DNA of 64,000 nucleotides from an uncultured bacterium (GTDB lineage: Bacteria > Chloroflexota > UBA5177 > JANWHV01), in NCBI GenBank assembly GCA_963827235.1, contig CAWHAE010000009.1, positions 704,001 through 768,000 on the forward strand, in the 5' to 3' direction. The translations under genes were made by a program, and so were the position numbers. The notes under the pieces were generated by a model. It did no database searches. It was given only the letters and a program-made list of their open reading frames with translations, and was not told the DNA's origin. The stretch's first letter is position 1. Every line of letters begins with the position of its first letter. Shown piece by piece: positions 49,833 to 60,487 of the stretch.

Positions 49833-50302
49833 GCAGGTATTCTCCACTCGCTAGAAACGTCGTGTAGCGGGGCTGTCCGCGAAGGTGCGGGGCGCGAGCC
49901 GGCACGATCCCGGCCATTCCATGATCAAACGTACCACAGGGCAGCGCAGGGGCAGATGTCGGAATCTGATAGTCGGCCAGTCGGCTATCTCGGACAGACG
50001 TGGTTCATGTTCGTTTCAGGCTTGCTGGACTACAATACACGTGCAGGGTTTATGGAATGCCATGATCGGATTCCCTCAGTCCGATCGACCGTTCCTGACG
50101 GTTGCGTGTGAAGGGCGCCACAGTTCGTGCTTCACCCGGCGACCAGACCTGACGAGCAGGCCGCGATCTCGATGCGTGGGGCGTCTGTAGCGCGGACCTG
50201 ACGGGCTCGACCCAGGTTACGGCCACATTGCAAGACCAGAAGTTGGCGACGTCGCGATCCGCGACATTGGCGGAGCGCGATGAGTGTGGGGAGGAAGACA
50301 AA

Positions 50303-53300
50303 ATGCTAGAGCGAACTGCACGCCTCGTGCAAGCATGGCTGTTGGCCAGCCTCGCGTTTGCCCTGCTCGTGCCGGCGGCGACCGGTACCCCTATGGCCAG
50401 GGCCGGCTCCGGCAGCGCCGATATCGCCGACCGGTCGACGGTCGTCGACAGCGCAACCGGCCGGATCTATATCGTCTACGGCAACGTGCTGCACCTGGTA
50501 TCTACCGCTCAGGTGCTCTCGCTGCTGGGCATCCAGGCATCGTCCGTGGCTACGGCCGACAGCACGCAGCTGCAGCAGCTCCAACAGGGCGATCCCCTCA
50601 CGGTGCGGGCGTCCAACGGACAGATCGATCCACTCTCTCCGGTGGCGTCCGGCGCGGCCTCGCTCGTCCTGAGCACTGCAAGCGTGCCCGCCGGCGAGCC
50701 GTTCTCGGTGAAAGGCGCGGGGTTCGCGTCTTCCGAGTCCATCCAGATTTCGTTCGACTTTGGCCAGGTCACGCAGATGCTGACAGCGGATGCTACCGGC
50801 GCCTTCACCGGCACGTTCACCATGCCCGCCTCCGCAACGCCGCAGATTATTCGCGTCTTCGCCTTCGGCGAGTCGAGCAAGGCCATGGAAGTCGAGCCGA
50901 TCGCCGTGCTGGAGAAAGAAGGCTCGCCGCAGGTGACGGCGAGTGCCGGCAAGCTCTACCCCGGCGACGGCGTCGACGTGAAGGGATCCGGTTTCCAACC
51001 GTACGAAACGGTCTCCGTCGCTTTCTCCGCGGGCGGTGCTGCCGTACAGGCGACCGCGGACGTGCGGGGCGCCTTCACGGCGCCAAACGTCGTCTCGCCG
51101 TCGAACATTTCGACCGGCAGCCATAGCATCACCGCCGTCGGAACGACGAGCCACCGCACCGCCAAGGTCTGGATTACGATCGTCGCCCGGCCGAAAGCCG
51201 CTCTTGCCATCAGCCCGTCCCAGGTCAGGGCCGGCCAGCCGGTCACGATCAGCGGCAGCGGCTTCCAGGCCAACGAGGTGGTGCACGTGCAGATCGGCTC
51301 GGCGCAGCCGTTCGACCTTCGAGCCGACGGCAACGGCGCCGTGCCTGCTGTGCGGGTTACCATTCCCGACACCGCAGCGGTGGGAACGGTCACGATCAGC
51401 GCGACCGGGGCGACGTCGCTGCGCACCGGTTCCGTCACCCTCTCCATCCTGGCACCGCTGCCGGCCGACGGCTCGCTCATCCGCGATCTGTCTACCGGCA
51501 GAATCTACTTCGTCTGGGGCGGCGTGCGGCACTGGAGTGAAACGGCGGACGTGCGCGCAAGCCTTGGCTTCAACGGTAACGACGCGGTGAACATGCAGTC
51601 TTCGGTCGTCGCCACCATTCCGGCAGGGACCAACATGGGACAGACGCTCGTCGACGGTCTGGTGTTTCCGCTCATGCCCGTGGACAACCACGGCGGTTCG
51701 CTCCGGCTCTCGCAGCCGTCGGGCGCGCCTGGGCAATCGTTCACGATCAGCGGGTCGCACTTCGCCCACTACGAGGCCGTGCAGATCGCGTTCGCGGGCG
51801 CGACGCAGTCCGTCGGCGTCGACGGCAGCGGCGACTTCAGCGCCACCCTTACCGTGCCGGGTTCCGCGCAGCCGAGCACCGTGCTGCGCCTGGTGGCGCT
51901 GGGGCAGAGCAGCCATGTGTTTGCTGTGCAGCCGTTCAACGTGATCGGCGCGCCGGCAACGGCGACCATCGTAGCCCAGCCGCCGAGCGCGGCGCAGAAA
52001 TCACATGCGCTGGTGAACGGCGGCGGCTTCGCGTCGAACGAGCAGGTGGACCTGTTCCTGGGCCAGACCTACTCCGCTTCGCACGTGCAGGCAGACCCAA
52101 ACGGCAGTTTCACGGGAGGCAGCCTGCCGGTTCCGACGTCACTGAGTCCGGGTGCTCACAGTCTCATAGCTTACGGCCTGTCGAGCAAGCGATTCGCTCA
52201 GGCCACCGTGACCATCGTGCCGCCTTACTCCGGCCCTCCTGCGCTCACGGCAGATCGCACGAGCGCCAATCCGGGTAGCCTGGTGCAGCTCCGCGGCAGC
52301 AACTTCGCGCCGGGCGAGATCGTCCACGTGACCCTGGGCTCGAAGCTCCTCCTCTCCGTGCAGTGCACGTCCGGCGGCCGATTCGGCCCGGTGGGCGTCA
52401 CCATTCCCGTGACGACGCCCGCGGGCAGCTACGCGCTCACGGCCACGGGCACCACCTCGAGCGCCGGCGCCACGGTGACGATGGTCATCGTGGCCTTCAG
52501 TCCGTCGATCCACATCTCGCCGGTGTACGCCGTACCCGGCACGACCATCGCGGTCAGCGGGCAGGACTACGCGCCGGGCGAAGTCGTGACCCTGGCTCTG
52601 AATGGAGAGGCGCTGGCCACCAGTCCCTCTCAGATTAAGACGCGCTCGTCCGGGGCCTTCTCGGCGAGCTTCAAAGTGCCGGCCACGGCGCTTGCGGGCA
52701 CGAACACCGTGGCGGCAACCGGTGCCGCCAGCCGCGCCTCGGCTACGACGGCTCTCGCGGTGAGCCTGCCGGTGCAGTCCACGTGGTATTTCGCGGGCGG
52801 CAACACGGCGGCAGGCTACGACACGCAGATTGCGCTGCTCAATGCCGGCAGCGCGCCTGCCAACCTCACGTTCTCGTTCATGTTTACCGGCGGCAACCCC
52901 GTGCCGTATTCGATGGTGCTGAATCCGAACAGCAGAGCAACGGTCGACGTTGGCTCCATCGTGGGGCCGGGCCGCACCGTGTTCACCAAGCTGACTGCCG
53001 ATCGCGCGATCGGGGCGTCGGAGACGGTCTTCCGTAACGGCCAGGACTTTACCTCGACCACCGGCGCCAGCGCAGCACTCTACACGTGGTATCTTGCCGA
53101 GGGCTACACGGGCCTCAGCTTCCACGAGTACATTCACATCTTCAACCCGGGCACCGTCGAAGCCCACGCGGACGTGCGCTTGCTCCCGTTCAACGGCCGG
53201 CCCGCCACCTCGATCGTGGAGCCGGTTGCTCCGCAGACGGGAATGACCGTCGACGTCAACGCCATCGAGTCGGGCCTGTCGCTCTCGGCGATCGTCTCCA

Positions 53301-54031
53301 GCGATCGACCGGTGGTGGTCGATCGGTTGATGATCTTTGGCCCAGGCGGATACGGCGCTACCGAGCAGGTGGGTGCCTCCGCACCATCCAGCACCTGGCT
53401 GTTCGCCGAAGGCTCCACGCTCAACAACTTCGAAACCTACTATACGATTCTCAATCCGAGCAGCTCGCAGATGGCAGCCATCACGGCAACGTTCTTCGAC
53501 CAGGCAGGCAACGTGCTGGCGAACACCACCGTGCTCGTCAATCCGCTGCGGCGGGGTAATATCAAAGTCAACGACTTTGTACGCTCCAGCGGCATTGCCA
53601 CGATCCTCACGTCGAACATTCCCGTGGTGGCAGAGCGTCCGATCTACTTCGGATCGCCGAACTCATCCAGGGCCACGTCGGGTGGTAGCGACGTCTTCGG
53701 GCGCAACGGAGGCGGTGTGAGCTGGCTGTTCCCGGAGGGTAATACGAGTGGCGCATATAGGGAGTTCTTGCTGCTCCAGAATCCAAGCTCGCGGCAGGCG
53801 CCCGTGAGCGTCCGATTCTTCGAGACCAATGGGCAGACGGTCAACTACGGTCTGACCCTGCCGGCCAAGAGCCGGGCGACCGTCGACGTCTTGCGGGACG
53901 TTCCCGCCCTGCCGCCGGGATTGCACGGCGCGCTCGTCCGCTCGACGGGCGGCGTACCGATCATCGCCGAGCAGAGCATTTACAGCGACAACTTTACCAA
54001 GGGAGACGGCGAAGCAGGGATCTCGCAATGA
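50303..54031 (+). CDS. large secreted repeat protein (Ig/IPT-like repeats plus WYFAEG-type C-terminal repeats)
   Basis: Signal peptide; about 7 repeats of 'G..F...E.V'; two 'D..TGRIY.V.G...H' modules; four W(Y/L)(F/L)(A/P)(E/G)G repeats. Confidence 0.8.
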   Translation: MLERTARLVQAWLLASLAFALLVPAATGTPMARAGSGSADIADRSTVVDSATGRIYIVYGNVLHLVSTAQVLSLLGIQASSVATADSTQLQQLQQGDPLTVRASNGQIDPLSPVASGAASLVLSTASVPAGEPFSVKGAGFASSESIQISFDFGQVTQMLTADATGAFTGTFTMPASATPQIIRVFAFGESSKAMEVEPIAVLEKEGSPQVTASAGKLYPGDGVDVKGSGFQPYETVSVAFSAGGAAVQATADVRGAFTAPNVVSPSNISTGSHSITAVGTTSHRTAKVWITIVARPKAALAISPSQVRAGQPVTISGSGFQANEVVHVQIGSAQPFDLRADGNGAVPAVRVTIPDTAAVGTVTISATGATSLRTGSVTLSILAPLPADGSLIRDLSTGRIYFVWGGVRHWSETADVRASLGFNGNDAVNMQSSVVATIPAGTNMGQTLVDGLVFPLMPVDNHGGSLRLSQPSGAPGQSFTISGSHFAHYEAVQIAFAGATQSVGVDGSGDFSATLTVPGSAQPSTVLRLVALGQSSHVFAVQPFNVIGAPATATIVAQPPSAAQKSHALVNGGGFASNEQVDLFLGQTYSASHVQADPNGSFTGGSLPVPTSLSPGAHSLIAYGLSSKRFAQATVTIVPPYSGPPALTADRTSANPGSLVQLRGSNFAPGEIVHVTLGSKLLLSVQCTSGGRFGPVGVTIPVTTPAGSYALTATGTTSSAGATVTMVIVAFSPSIHISPVYAVPGTTIAVSGQDYAPGEVVTLALNGEALATSPSQIKTRSSGAFSASFKVPATALAGTNTVAATGAASRASATTALAVSLPVQSTWYFAGGNTAAGYDTQIALLNAGSAPANLTFSFMFTGGNPVPYSMVLNPNSRATVDVGSIVGPGRTVFTKLTADRAIGASETVFRNGQDFTSTTGASAALYTWYLAEGYTGLSFHEYIHIFNPGTVEAHADVRLLPFNGRPATSIVEPVAPQTGMTVDVNAIESGLSLSAIVSSDRPVVVDRLMIFGPGGYGATEQVGASAPSSTWLFAEGSTLNNFETYYTILNPSSSQMAAITATFFDQAGNVLANTTVLVNPLRRGNIKVNDFVRSSGIATILTSNIPVVAERPIYFGSPNSSRATSGGSDVFGRNGGGVSWLFPEGNTSGAYREFLLLQNPSSRQAPVSVRFFETNGQTVNYGLTLPAKSRATVDVLRDVPALPPGLHGALVRSTGGVPIIAEQSIYSDNFTKGDGEAGISQ

Positions 54032-56997
54032 GCAGTGCACGGGAACGGAGACTCTATCGCGCGACTGCCGTCTGGCTGTGCTTGACCGTGCTCTGCGGAT
54101 TGCTCTGTACCAACCCCGCCGCGGACGCCGCCGCGCAGGCGGCGAATGCCACGGCGCCGGTGGTGTCCGTGACCACGAGCGAGACTGCAGGCCGCTACGA
54201 ACTGGGCCAGCCGATGTCCGTCACCGTCACGATAGGCAACCTCAGCTCGTCTGCCGGCACCTACAGCCGCTCCGAGTACCTGCAGGACTACTTTGGCAAC
54301 GCCACCACTGTCGTGTCCGACACTGTGACCCTGGCGGCGGGCGAGCGCCTTGCCGCCACGGTCCCGCTCTCGATCACGAGCTCGGGCTACTTCGAGTATC
54401 ACGTGGCGCTCACCGACCAGTCGACGCAGCAGCAAGTCACCGCGTTCGCGCCTATCGGCGTGCTGCGCACGGTGCCCGCGGGCGCTGCCGACCTGCAGTC
54501 GGCCTTCGGCATCAACGGCAATCTGACCGAAGCGTACGGCAGGGATGCTGCCGCCATGGCGAGCGCGGCGCAGTCCCTGTCTCGAGCAGGAGTGCGCTAC
54601 GATCGCGAAGAGCTGAACTGGAATCGCATCGAGCCGCGCGCGGACAGCGGCCAGTACGATTTCGCGGCGACCGACGCGGCGATCATCGCCGCGCACAACG
54701 CGGGCATCCAGGTCTTGGGGCTGGTCGATTACTGGGGAAACCTACCGCAACCCGACACCACCGTGACCATCACCGGCAGCTATACGATCACCGGCTGCAG
54801 CAGGACGCCGGCCTGTGCCTACACACCGGCGGGCAACGCGCTGTTTGCAGCCTACGCGGCAACGTTGGTGCGGCGCTACATGCCCGGGGGCACTCTTGCC
54901 ACCCAGGAGGGCTGGGGCACAGAGTACGGCATCGCGGATTGGGAAGTCTGGAACGAGCCGTCCACGCAATCGTTCTGGCGGCACGATCTCACGGACTATG
55001 CGGCTCTCTTCGGCAGCCTCTATAAGGCCGCCTCGTCGGCGATCAAGCAGGCGTACCCGGGCGCGAGCATCATGTACGACGAAAGCGGCACGGCCATCGA
55101 CGCGGCAGTCAAAGCGGCAGGCGGAGCGTCGCAGATCGTGAGCGTGCACAGCTACAGCGGCGGACTGGACCCGGACAGCGCGCTTAGCTCTCCGACCCTG
55201 CCTCGCGGCGGGCAGGGCACGGCGCCGGCGGCGATCGGCGGCATCGTGGCTAAGGGCTTGCCCGTCTGGATCACGGAGACCGGGTATGCCACCGATGGCA
55301 CCGTCACCGCGCGCCAGCAGGCCGAATACCTGGTGCGCTCGCTCGTGGACTTCCAGGCCCAGGGCGTGAAGAAGCTGTTCTGGTTCAAGTACCGCGAAGA
55401 CCAGGCGGGTGGTGACAACCTCTACGGCATCACGAGCCAGAACGGCTCCCTCAAACCCGCATACGTGGCCTACGCCACCATGGCCGAGCACCTGCAAGAC
55501 GCGACCTTCGCCGCCTCTGCCCAGATGGGCACGGCGGTCCGCGCCTACCTGTATAAGGCGTCCGACGGCTCCACGGAGGTCGTGCTGTGGAGCACCGCGG
55601 AAGACGGCACCGCGGAGATACCGGGCGGCAGCGGGATGAGCGCCGTCGACGACATGGACAATCCGATAGGGCAGACCACGACCACGGGGCTGGCGTTGCC
55701 GCTCACCGGCGACCCCGTGTTCCTCAACGTTCCGAGCGTGCCCGCGGCCCAGCTCAAGACGGTTCTGGAGAAAGCCACGATCGGCGGCATCAACCCGGTG
55801 GGCCCCATCGTGAGCCTGGCACCCGGGCTAAGCAACGGGCTGCCCAACCTGAACGTCACCGTCTCCGCGCGCACCGACGTGGCGATTTCCGGAACGGTGG
55901 CGATCAGCCTGCCGGTCGGTTGGGTGGCGCCGGTCACGAGCAAGCGCTTCCCGCTCTTGCAGCCCGGGCAATCCTCCTCGCTGAGCTTCCGTCTGAACGC
56001 GGAGCTCAATCACCCCGACGACCACATCGCGGTGACCGCTACCTCGACGAGCGGCATCACGAGTACCGACCGCATACCGGTGGCGCAGTACGCGCTGACC
56101 TACGGCCACCCGGCGATCGACGGCAGCCTGTCGACCTGGAGCATGGCATCGGAGCTGGACATGACCGAGCTGCGATCCGATCAAGTCGTGGGTATTCCCG
56201 GCTGGACGCCGCAGAACCTCTCGGCTCGCATGTACACCATGTGGGACGAGCAGTATTTCTACTTCGCGGCGGACGTGCGCGACGAGACCTTCGACTACGC
56301 ACCGATCGGCTTCAATATGTACAAAGGCGATTCCATTCAGTTCGGCTGGGGTATGGATCCGGATGCCTGGCTGCGCAACGCGGGGAAAGGCAGGAAGAAC
56401 CTGGCCGTGGGCCTGACGCACCAGGGAGCGGCGAACTTCCAGTACGATATCCTCGGCCCCTGGCCGGACGTGAAGCAGCAGATCAAGCCCGACCCCAGCA
56501 GCGGCGATCTGATCTACACGGTTGCCGTGCCGTGGAGCCGCCTTGCCGGCTATGTGCCGAAGGTCGGCGGCCAGCTTGCCTTTGACGCGATCGTCAACCA
56601 GAACGAACACGGCAGCCGCATCGGCTGGATTCAGATCACGCCCGGCATGGGCATCGGGTTCTATCCCACGGAGTTTCCTCTGTGGGCCATCATCGGCAAC
56701 AACCCCGTCGCCGGGCTGCGGCTGGGCGGGCTGATCGCCCCGAACCAGGGATCGATTACCTTCCCGCTGCCTGCGGCTCGCGGCCAGCTCGTGGTGCACA
56801 ACGGCGGCATGCGGTCGATCACGCTGCTGATCAACGGCCAGCAGCTCGTGCTGGGCGGCACGGGGACGGCGCTCAAGCCGGCTGGTGATACCAGCGTGGA
56901 CGTCTCGCAGTACGTACACGCCGGCACGAACACGGTGACCGCCACTGGCGCCGGCGTGACGCGAGCAGGCGCGGCGGTGCTATCGTTCTTCCAGTAG
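54028..56997 (+). CDS. secreted clan GH-A (GH39/GH5-like) glycoside hydrolase with NEW3-like and CBM9-like domains
   Basis: WEVWNEP (acid/base), SVHSY, PVWITETG (nucleophile); PAIDGSLSTW...WDEQYFYFAADVRD...GDSIQ. ATGA overlap with the upstream gene. Confidence 0.82.
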   Translation: MSSARERRLYRATAVWLCLTVLCGLLCTNPAADAAAQAANATAPVVSVTTSETAGRYELGQPMSVTVTIGNLSSSAGTYSRSEYLQDYFGNATTVVSDTVTLAAGERLAATVPLSITSSGYFEYHVALTDQSTQQQVTAFAPIGVLRTVPAGAADLQSAFGINGNLTEAYGRDAAAMASAAQSLSRAGVRYDREELNWNRIEPRADSGQYDFAATDAAIIAAHNAGIQVLGLVDYWGNLPQPDTTVTITGSYTITGCSRTPACAYTPAGNALFAAYAATLVRRYMPGGTLATQEGWGTEYGIADWEVWNEPSTQSFWRHDLTDYAALFGSLYKAASSAIKQAYPGASIMYDESGTAIDAAVKAAGGASQIVSVHSYSGGLDPDSALSSPTLPRGGQGTAPAAIGGIVAKGLPVWITETGYATDGTVTARQQAEYLVRSLVDFQAQGVKKLFWFKYREDQAGGDNLYGITSQNGSLKPAYVAYATMAEHLQDATFAASAQMGTAVRAYLYKASDGSTEVVLWSTAEDGTAEIPGGSGMSAVDDMDNPIGQTTTTGLALPLTGDPVFLNVPSVPAAQLKTVLEKATIGGINPVGPIVSLAPGLSNGLPNLNVTVSARTDVAISGTVAISLPVGWVAPVTSKRFPLLQPGQSSSLSFRLNAELNHPDDHIAVTATSTSGITSTDRIPVAQYALTYGHPAIDGSLSTWSMASELDMTELRSDQVVGIPGWTPQNLSARMYTMWDEQYFYFAADVRDETFDYAPIGFNMYKGDSIQFGWGMDPDAWLRNAGKGRKNLAVGLTHQGAANFQYDILGPWPDVKQQIKPDPSSGDLIYTVAVPWSRLAGYVPKVGGQLAFDAIVNQNEHGSRIGWIQITPGMGIGFYPTEFPLWAIIGNNPVAGLRLGGLIAPNQGSITFPLPAARGQLVVHNGGMRSITLLINGQQLVLGGTGTALKPAGDTSVDVSQYVHAGTNTVTATGAGVTRAGAAVLSFFQ

Positions 56998-57114
56998 GAA
57001 TTGGTCGGCCCACGGCGCAGGCGGAGGCCCATCCGCCTGCGCCGAACGGGCAGATCCCGGCTGAACGGGCTCTATCTATCCAGCCGGCGGTGACACGAGG
57101 CGCGTGCCCCGGAC

Positions 57115-57855
57115 TCAGGCATATGCCTGCAGCGTGCCGTATCGGCACATGGCTCGCAGCTCGCAGACGTCACAGCGTGGGTGGCCGGCCTTGCAGATGA
57201 GCCGGCCATGTGTGATGAGATTGACGTGCAGCGGGTAGGCGCGCTCCGGGTCGATGGCCGCTTCCACCAGGCGTTGCACCGCCTCGGGGCTCGCCTTCGG
57301 TCCGGCGAAGCCGAATCGCCGGCTCACGCGGTGCACGTGCGTGTCTACCGGAAAGGCAGGCTTACCCAGACTGAACAGCAGCACACACGACGCTGTCTTG
57401 GGTCCGACGCCGGGCAGGGAAGTCAGCGCCGTGCGGGCTTCCTCCAGCGGCTGGTCGCGCAAGGCATCGAGGCTCAGCGATCCGTAGCGCTGCACCATGG
57501 TATCCAGGACGGCCTTGATCCGCGCCGCCTTCATATCGGCCAAACCGCCGGAGCGAATAGCGTCGGCGACGGCATCAGCCGGCGCCCGCCGGACATCCTC
57601 CCAGGTGGGAAGCCGCCGCCGCAAGGCGGCATAGGCGCGGCCGGAGTTGAGATCGGACGTGTGCTGCGAGAGAATTGTCTCGATCAGGCCGCCGAGCGGA
57701 TCGCCGTCGCACTGCTGCTCGGGCGTTCCGTAGAGGTGTGCCAGGGCCAGATCCACCGCCCGCACATGCGCAGGTGGGTCGGCCAGCAGCGCGTCCAGTG
57801 GCCCAACGTCCGCTTCCCGATCGACGGCACGCCGCGACGGCTCCGGCGATATCAC
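57115..57855 (-). CDS. nth: endonuclease III-like HhH-GPD DNA glycosylase
   Basis: TILSQHTSD, LPGVGPKTA, FPVDTHVHR, Fe-S motif CKAGHPRCDVCELRAMC. Confidence 0.9.
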   Translation of the reverse strand: MISPEPSRRAVDREADVGPLDALLADPPAHVRAVDLALAHLYGTPEQQCDGDPLGGLIETILSQHTSDLNSGRAYAALRRRLPTWEDVRRAPADAVADAIRSGGLADMKAARIKAVLDTMVQRYGSLSLDALRDQPLEEARTALTSLPGVGPKTASCVLLFSLGKPAFPVDTHVHRVSRRFGFAGPKASPEAVQRLVEAAIDPERAYPLHVNLITHGRLICKAGHPRCDVCELRAMCRYGTLQAYA

Positions 57856-58040
57856 CCGGCGTGCTCCTCTAGCTGCGAGCCTCAACCGCACTGAATACAC
57901 GGCCTCTTCAGAACGGCCGGCCGTCTCCACGCGACGCCTTGGGCCATGATAGCAAACCGGCGATCTTCTGGGGCACGGCGCCGCCAAGCCCGGCAGCGAT
58001 CCGCCGGGCTTGGCCGTTGTGCGCCTCGTGCTCTTGTGGG

Positions 58041-59226
58041 CTACCGGGCCGAGGCAGCCGGTGCCAGACCTAGCCCGGCGCTGATGCGGTCGCCGAGCTC
58101 GGGGTCTATCTTGTGCCACAGACCCAGCGCCCGCTCGAGGATGACCCGGTTCGTCACCCCGCGCATGTGTCCGCAGATGTTGGCAACCAGGTGATCCTTG
58201 TCGGTCGCGGACAAGATCTTGCGATACAGTGTGCCGGCCTGGCCGAAATCGTCGTCCTCGGCCCGCAGCGAGTATGCCGTGCGCAGCATGTCGCCGGCGT
58301 CCACCGGCCACCCGGCATCGCCGCAGCGCCCGGGATCGGCCTGCGGTCCCCCGAAGCTGTTCGGCGCGTACACCGGCTGGCTTCCGCTATGCTGGTACTC
58401 CATGGCGCCGTCCGCGCTGTAGCTGTGCACCGGCGATAGCGGTCGATTGACCGGCAGTTGCGCGTAGTTGGGGCCGATGCGATAGCGATGCGTATATGGA
58501 AATCAGGGTCCTCGGCGGACATGGCCTTGGCTTCTGCGTCGGTGAAGTTGTCGATGCCCTGCTCGGTCTTGAAATGGTACTTCACCCACGAGCGCTCGAC
58601 GCGCGCGTTGACCCACAGGAAGGTGTGGCTGCCATAGCCGTTCATATGCCGCCAGGTGCGCAGCGCGCCCCGATCGCTCATCAGGAAGGTGACCTGGTGC
58701 ATCGCTTCCGGCGAGAGCGACCAGAAGTCCCACTGCATGGTGTTGTCGCGCAGGCCGGTGTCGGGCAGCCGCTTCTGCGAGTGGATGAAGTCGGAGAACC
58801 TCGAGGGGTCGCGCAGGAAGAAGATCGGCGTGTTGTTGCCGACCAGATCGTAGTTGCCCTCCTCCGTGTAGAACTTGAGCGCGAAGCCGCGTGGATCGCG
58901 CGCGGTATCCGCCGATCCTTGCTCGCCGGCCACGGTCGAGAAGCGCAGCAGCACCGGCGTGCGCTTACCCACCTGGTTGAGGAAGGCTGCCTTCGTCCAC
59001 TGGCTCGCGTCCCGCGTGACCTCGAAGTAGCCGAATGCACCGCTGCCCTTGGCGTGCACCACGCGCTCGGGCACACGCTCGCGGTTGAACTGTGCCATCT
59101 TCTGGATCAAGAAATGGTCGTGCAGCAGTAGGGGGCCGTTGGGCCCTATCGACAGGGAATGCTCGTCGCTGGGGAAGGGTTGCCCGCATCAGTGGTCGTA
59201 TTCGGTATATCGTGCTGATCGCTCAT
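58041..59226 (-). pseudogene. katA: heme catalase pseudogene (frameshifts ~59175 and ~59110; internal deletion ~58495)
   Basis: [34 protein letters not shown] are present. DPDFHI joins directly to [10 protein letters not shown]. Confidence 0.88.
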
Positions 59227-59710
59227 TCCCCCTGTCTCCAGTCGTCGCTGCCCATGTGCTCTTGAAGGGGAGAGGATGTCACGGTTGTGCTGCCGTCATC
59301 CGAGACCGGGTCGCGCGCACAACCGGTTCAACTGTTGGTTGGTGGTCTCCTTCCCAGGCCGCTTGGGGGCCTGTTCCGCATGGCTGGGCAAGCCAGGCTG
59401 GAGCAGGCGCGACCGGCACGTGCATGGCGTGAAAGGCGTGCGGCTGCCACGTCTGCCGCTCAGCTTGCCGTTTCTGCATCCACTGTGTCTTTCCATAGTC
59501 CGGCGTAGCGTGCGTGCAGTCAAGCTCGACCCGCACCTCCGGTACGATGTGTGATACGCTCGCACGCAGCGCGCTCCGTGTGCGAACCGGAAGGCAAGCG
59601 GGCCCGGACGGGCGGCCGCGCGGCGCGATAGGACGAGACCTGGGACATTACGCATCACTCGACATAGGGAGCGGTGTTCGACGACGGCCTGCAGGGAGGA
59701 ATCACGCACG

Positions 59711-60475
59711 ATGCGGCAGAATGCGGTGAAGCGAAAGCTGGCGACAGGCGAGACGGTGCTGGGTTTATTTCTCGGCTCGGATAGCCCGGACCTGGTGGAG
59801 ATCTTTGCCTACGCGGGACTCGACTTCGTGATGATCGATGGAGAGCACGGCTCAATCGATCCGCATCACGCCGAGAATCTCGTGCGTGCGGCCGAGGCCA
59901 CGGGCATCACGCCGCTGGCGCGCGTGACGCAGCAGACACGGCAGACCATCCTGCGCTTCCTGGACACCGGTGTCCAGGGCGTGATGGTTCCCTGGTGCCA
60001 GACCGCGGCCGAAGCGCGGGACGCCGTTCAGGCGGTGAAATACTACCCGGAGGGCAATCGCGGACTGGCCGGGGCACGCGCCGCCGAGTTTGGCGTGCGC
60101 ACGTCGCTGCCTGACTACGTGGCCCAGGCCAACGCCGAGACCATGGTGATCGCGCAGATCGAGACCATCCAGACACTCGACGCGCTGCCGGAAATGTTGC
60201 AGGTGCCGGGAATCGACGTCTTTTTCATCGGCCCGACCGACCTATCCCAGTCCATGGGATATCCCGGGTGCACGCACGAACCGGCGGTGCAGGCGGTGAT
60301 CGAGCGCGCCATCGCGCAGATTCTCGCCGCCGGGAGACATGCCGGCATCCAGAACCGCGATGCGGAGGATCTCAAGCGCAATCGCGATCAGGGCGTGCAG
60401 TTCCTCAGTGCCGCCTCCTACGGGCTCTTCGCCCGCGCCGTGCGCGACTTCGTCGCCTCTGCCAGGGAGCCGTGA
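59711..60475 (+). CDS. HpcH/HpaI aldolase family protein
   Basis: DFVMIDGEHG, LDTGVQGVMVP, KYYPEGNRG, AQIET, FIGPTDLS. Confidence 0.92.
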   Translation: MRQNAVKRKLATGETVLGLFLGSDSPDLVEIFAYAGLDFVMIDGEHGSIDPHHAENLVRAAEATGITPLARVTQQTRQTILRFLDTGVQGVMVPWCQTAAEARDAVQAVKYYPEGNRGLAGARAAEFGVRTSLPDYVAQANAETMVIAQIETIQTLDALPEMLQVPGIDVFFIGPTDLSQSMGYPGCTHEPAVQAVIERAIAQILAAGRHAGIQNRDAEDLKRNRDQGVQFLSAASYGLFARAVRDFVASAREP

Positions 60476-60487
60476 CCGCCCGCGGCG

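Noticed and set aside
59230-59710. Small ORFs or a fur remnant upstream of catalase
   Set aside because: No recognisable motifs, and none of the frames is convincing.
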